Source: Asterias rubens
Lineage: Eukaryota
DNA length: 64,000 nt
Reading direction: 5' to 3'
NCBI RefSeq assembly: GCF_902459465.1
Contig: NC_047062.1
Coordinates: forward strand, 30,690,001 to 30,754,000
This document shows, in pieces, positions 61,601 through 64,000 of the stretch (position 1 is its first letter; each line of letters opens with the position of its first letter). The translations under genes and the position numbers were made by a program. The notes below the pieces were generated by a model. The model saw only the letters and a program-made list of their open reading frames with translations. It searched no databases and was not told the DNA's origin.

Positions 61601-64000
61601 GCTGGGCATCTTCAGTAAAGTCTCCTCACTAGCTGGTCCTCCTGAAGTCATTGAAGAGGAAGGACCGATGGTCCACGACAAGAAACAGGTAAGGACGGAT
61701 GCATCTATGTGATATTTCTACTCTGGTACGGGGCACCTGTATAAGGAATTATTAAATTTGTGTAAGAACAAGGCATTACAGCAAAAGCACAGGGCACCAT
61801 GGCAATCGATGTGGGTGCTGTGAGTTATTTCGTGACCTACATAGGTACCACAGACTGCCACAGAATAGCATGGCCTCTAGGCTAGCATTTGGTGCACAAA
61901 TTTCTTCTGTTCATACCATTGGTAATAATATTAAGAGGAAACCCAATGGCTCGTGTAACATTTCATTTTAGTTTCAAGAAATGGGTGAGGAGTTTTGGAA
62001 CTAATGTTAAATTTTTACTTGCAAAAAACGTCTAAACAAGGAACTTGTAGACCATGTAACCTTTGTTTACTAATTAGTAACCTAGTAACTTCCAGGGCCT
62101 CACTGCACGCAAGATACTATGCTAGTCATATTGACAAATTTGCATTTTGTGTCATAATTGAAACCTAAATTCCAGAGGTTTTCAGATAGAATTGAGCCGT
62201 ATACAAACCGGCCTGCAGAAAGTCCAGACTCTATGTTGTTTTTGGGTGAACATGTGATGCAACAGGTTGTACAAACATGAAAAATGATTACTGAAGTTGC
62301 AAATACATTGGAGCTTTGCACCGATTATGATTCTCTAAACCACTCACCCATGACACCGTATATAATATCATTTGTTTGCGTGTGTTTTAGGAAACTGGCG
62401 ATCAGGAGATGGAGGATGCTAAGGAGATAGTAGCCGGTCGTCCCTACCACTGGAAGGACTGGTGTATGGCAAGAGGCAGAGATTGCTTGTATATCTGGAG
62501 TGATGCTGCGGCATTAGAGCTATCAAATGGCAGTAATGGATGGTTTAGATTCATACTGGATGGTAAACTGGCTACCATGTACTCTAGTGGGAGCCCGGAG
62601 GGTGGATGTGACAGCTCAGGTAGGTGCAATCAATCGGTCAATCAATCAATCAATCAATCAAGTTTTGATGTCTATAGGGAGGTCATTCCATAACATTATG
62701 ATTGTTAGCAAACTTGAAAATGCACAGCTGCCATATGAATTAAGTTTCCCTTTGGGAACGTGGAAAAGTGTATAACCAAAATGCCATGTCACGAGAGGCA
62801 ATTTACAGGCAAGCACACCAGGCAATCTCCAAGAAGTAAAGTCTTTCAAGAAGTAAAGCCAGTTCACATTTCTTGTGGATCTTAGGATAATGTTCCAAAA
62901 TTCACTCATGTGCTACCAGTTGGTTGCCTCCAAGCTGCCTGTAAAAGTTGCCTTGTGTGACAATAAAATAATAAATAAATAAATAAATAGAAAGAAAGAA
63001 AAAGAAAGAAAAAAAGAAAACACAAAATCTGAAAAGGCAAAATAGTCTGGTCACTGTTGGTTTTATTACAAAACTGTATTCATTAAAGCTATCCCAGAAA
63101 GGGAATATGACCAAGATGGTGGTGTTATGACAAAGGTGTATAGATCAACTTATTACTGATCTCACTGTTCTGTCTGATTTACAGAGAGCCGTGGAGAGTT
63201 CCTTGAGAAGCTCCAGCGTGCTAGAAGCCAAGTGCAAGCAGGATCATGCAGCCATCCCATCCTAAGCTGTGTTGGACCCACTAAGCTGGTAGTCGGTAAC
63301 TGGTCCCTTCAGAGCAAGAAGGATGGGGAGGTCATTGTCAATAACTCTGATGGGCAACAGGTGAGTGGATGGAACTAGGGGTGTCTGAGTTGTTTGTAAT
63401 CGACATGTGGGAGAACCAACATTTTCATTTGTATGTATTCTTTTGCACATTAAAGGGAAGGTATACGTTTGGTAATCACTCTTAAACTATAAATGGCAAT
63501 AAAAACCTTTGGTTAAAAGCCTACAGCTGCGTTTGATAGTACAAAGCATTTTGAGAAACATTTTCACTTTGAAATAATTCGGATATGTAAAAAGATAACA
63601 GTTTGAAAATGACAAGCATTATTGCGTGGGTATTCAGTGATTACCCTTTTCTGTGTAGACATATACGCTCAGGACTTTTGGCTTTATCTCAAAACTGTGA
63701 CCATCTTTTGAAAACTAAATTTTCAGATATTAGTTTTTTTGTGTACATCTTCATTTATGTAGAATAGGTGCCCTGCTCAATTTTTGATTAGCCAAGAAGT
63801 TTGTCAAGCAGTACTATCTGCCTGACATTTCAAAGAAATTGGGTCCACATCACCCAATCATTTCTGAAACATAACCCAACTTTGTTTATACATATGATGT
63901 TGACAGGCAACTATCCTACGTGAGGATCTGGCTGGGTTTGTGTTCGAATCCAACCGCGGCACCAAGCACACCTTCACAGCGGAGACGTCCCTAGGCCCTG
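37680..64000 (+). CDS. HECTD1: E3 ubiquitin-protein ligase HECTD1, 5' part (ARM-like repeats and ankyrin repeats; continues beyond the window)
   Basis: Exons 37680-37819, 46997-47231, 48841-49068, 49738-50004, 50535-50593, 55345-55559, 56466-56539, 56902-57000, 57806-57929, 59614-59803, 60452-60587, 61512-61688, 62391-62619, 63185-63360 and 63907->64000 all splice in frame. Starts [46 protein letters not shown], near-identical to the HECTD1 N-terminus as I recall it. Ankyrin repeats: [34 protein letters not shown]. Confidence 0.98.
41945..42191. mobile_element. Harbinger-like MITE, GGCCCAATTTCATGGCTCTGCTTA family
   Basis: TIRs of about 24 bp, flanks CTG/CTC. An oppositely oriented, highly similar copy lies at 55963-56212 (flanks CAG/CTG). 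A related GGCCCAATTTCATAGAGCTGC family occurs at about 84-300, 14100-14308, 18330-18530, 53470-53752, 53866-54056, 60078-60262 and 60850-61020. Confidence 0.8.
43081..43266. mobile_element. ~170-190-bp repeat bounded by CAGGCCTG (internal GAAAGGGCAAGGGCACCAAGGC motif); representative copy
   Basis: Other copies lie at about 37929-38170, 42253-42440, 43597-43765, 43880-44032, 46211-46382, 48655-48700, 53079-53240 and 53330-53420. Confidence 0.7.
52354..52467. repeat. 19-bp minisatellite x6 (GAGTTACTCGTACTAACTC) inside a MITE
   Basis: Six near-perfect units in the centre of the MITE at 52250-52505. Confidence 0.95.
55963..56212. mobile_element. Harbinger-like MITE copy, abutting a SINE head (55795-55960)
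   Basis: Reverse-orientation match to 41945-42191, with TIRs at both ends. Confidence 0.8.
58165..59270 (+). mobile_element. 5'-truncated L2/CR1-group LINE (RT C-terminus plus 3'UTR) in a HECTD1 intron
   Basis: ORFs 58213-58440 and 58462-58995 are in the same frame, separated by one TAA. Motifs [49 protein letters not shown] and WNSL are present, followed by AATAAA (59239) and a (TGAAT)4 tail at 59251-59270. Confidence 0.9.
62630..62900 (-). mobile_element. L2/CR1-group LINE 3' end with (TTGA)n tail
   Basis: The minus frame ends [25 protein letters not shown] (cf. YGxRAFSxxxPxLWNxLP), directly followed by a (AATC)n microsatellite at 62630-62660. Confidence 0.65.

Overview
Intron-rich animal genomic DNA. 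The repeat landscape suggests an invertebrate deuterostome, probably a sea star (inference). There are no prokaryotic features and no CRISPR. I assembled the genes by hand from splice sites, because the ORF track fragments or misses most of them. (1) The 3' part of a NEPRO-like Lys-rich nucleolar gene (+, 824-3498). (2) A complete ATF3/JDP2-like bZIP gene (+, CDS 11326-13358, upstream non-coding exon about 9.4 kb). (3,4) Two tandem PLAC8/cornifelin paralogs with the same 4-exon structure (+, 16671-19586 and 25435-27932). (5) A 6-exon minus-strand gene for a ~252-aa protein with a coiled coil, a basic linker, two EF-hands and a C-terminal CaaX (CSIQ) (30282-33845); I cannot name it. (6) The first 15 coding exons of HECTD1 (+, from 37680, running off the window), head-to-head with gene 5. 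Non-coding DNA is dense in MITEs: TTAA-TSD Kolobok-like, CWG-TSD Harbinger-like, TAG..CTA with 9-bp TSD, and CAT..RTG P-like. It also holds tRNA-derived SINEs, LINE 3' fragments (RTE, L2/CR1) and Penelope-like remnants carrying degenerate minimal hammerhead ribozyme motifs. The best leads are the unnamed EF-hand/CaaX gene, the hammerhead motifs and a 25-bp TIR element with an intact 7-bp TSD. I found no clearly new multi-gene system. Protein names come from recalled motifs, not from database searches.
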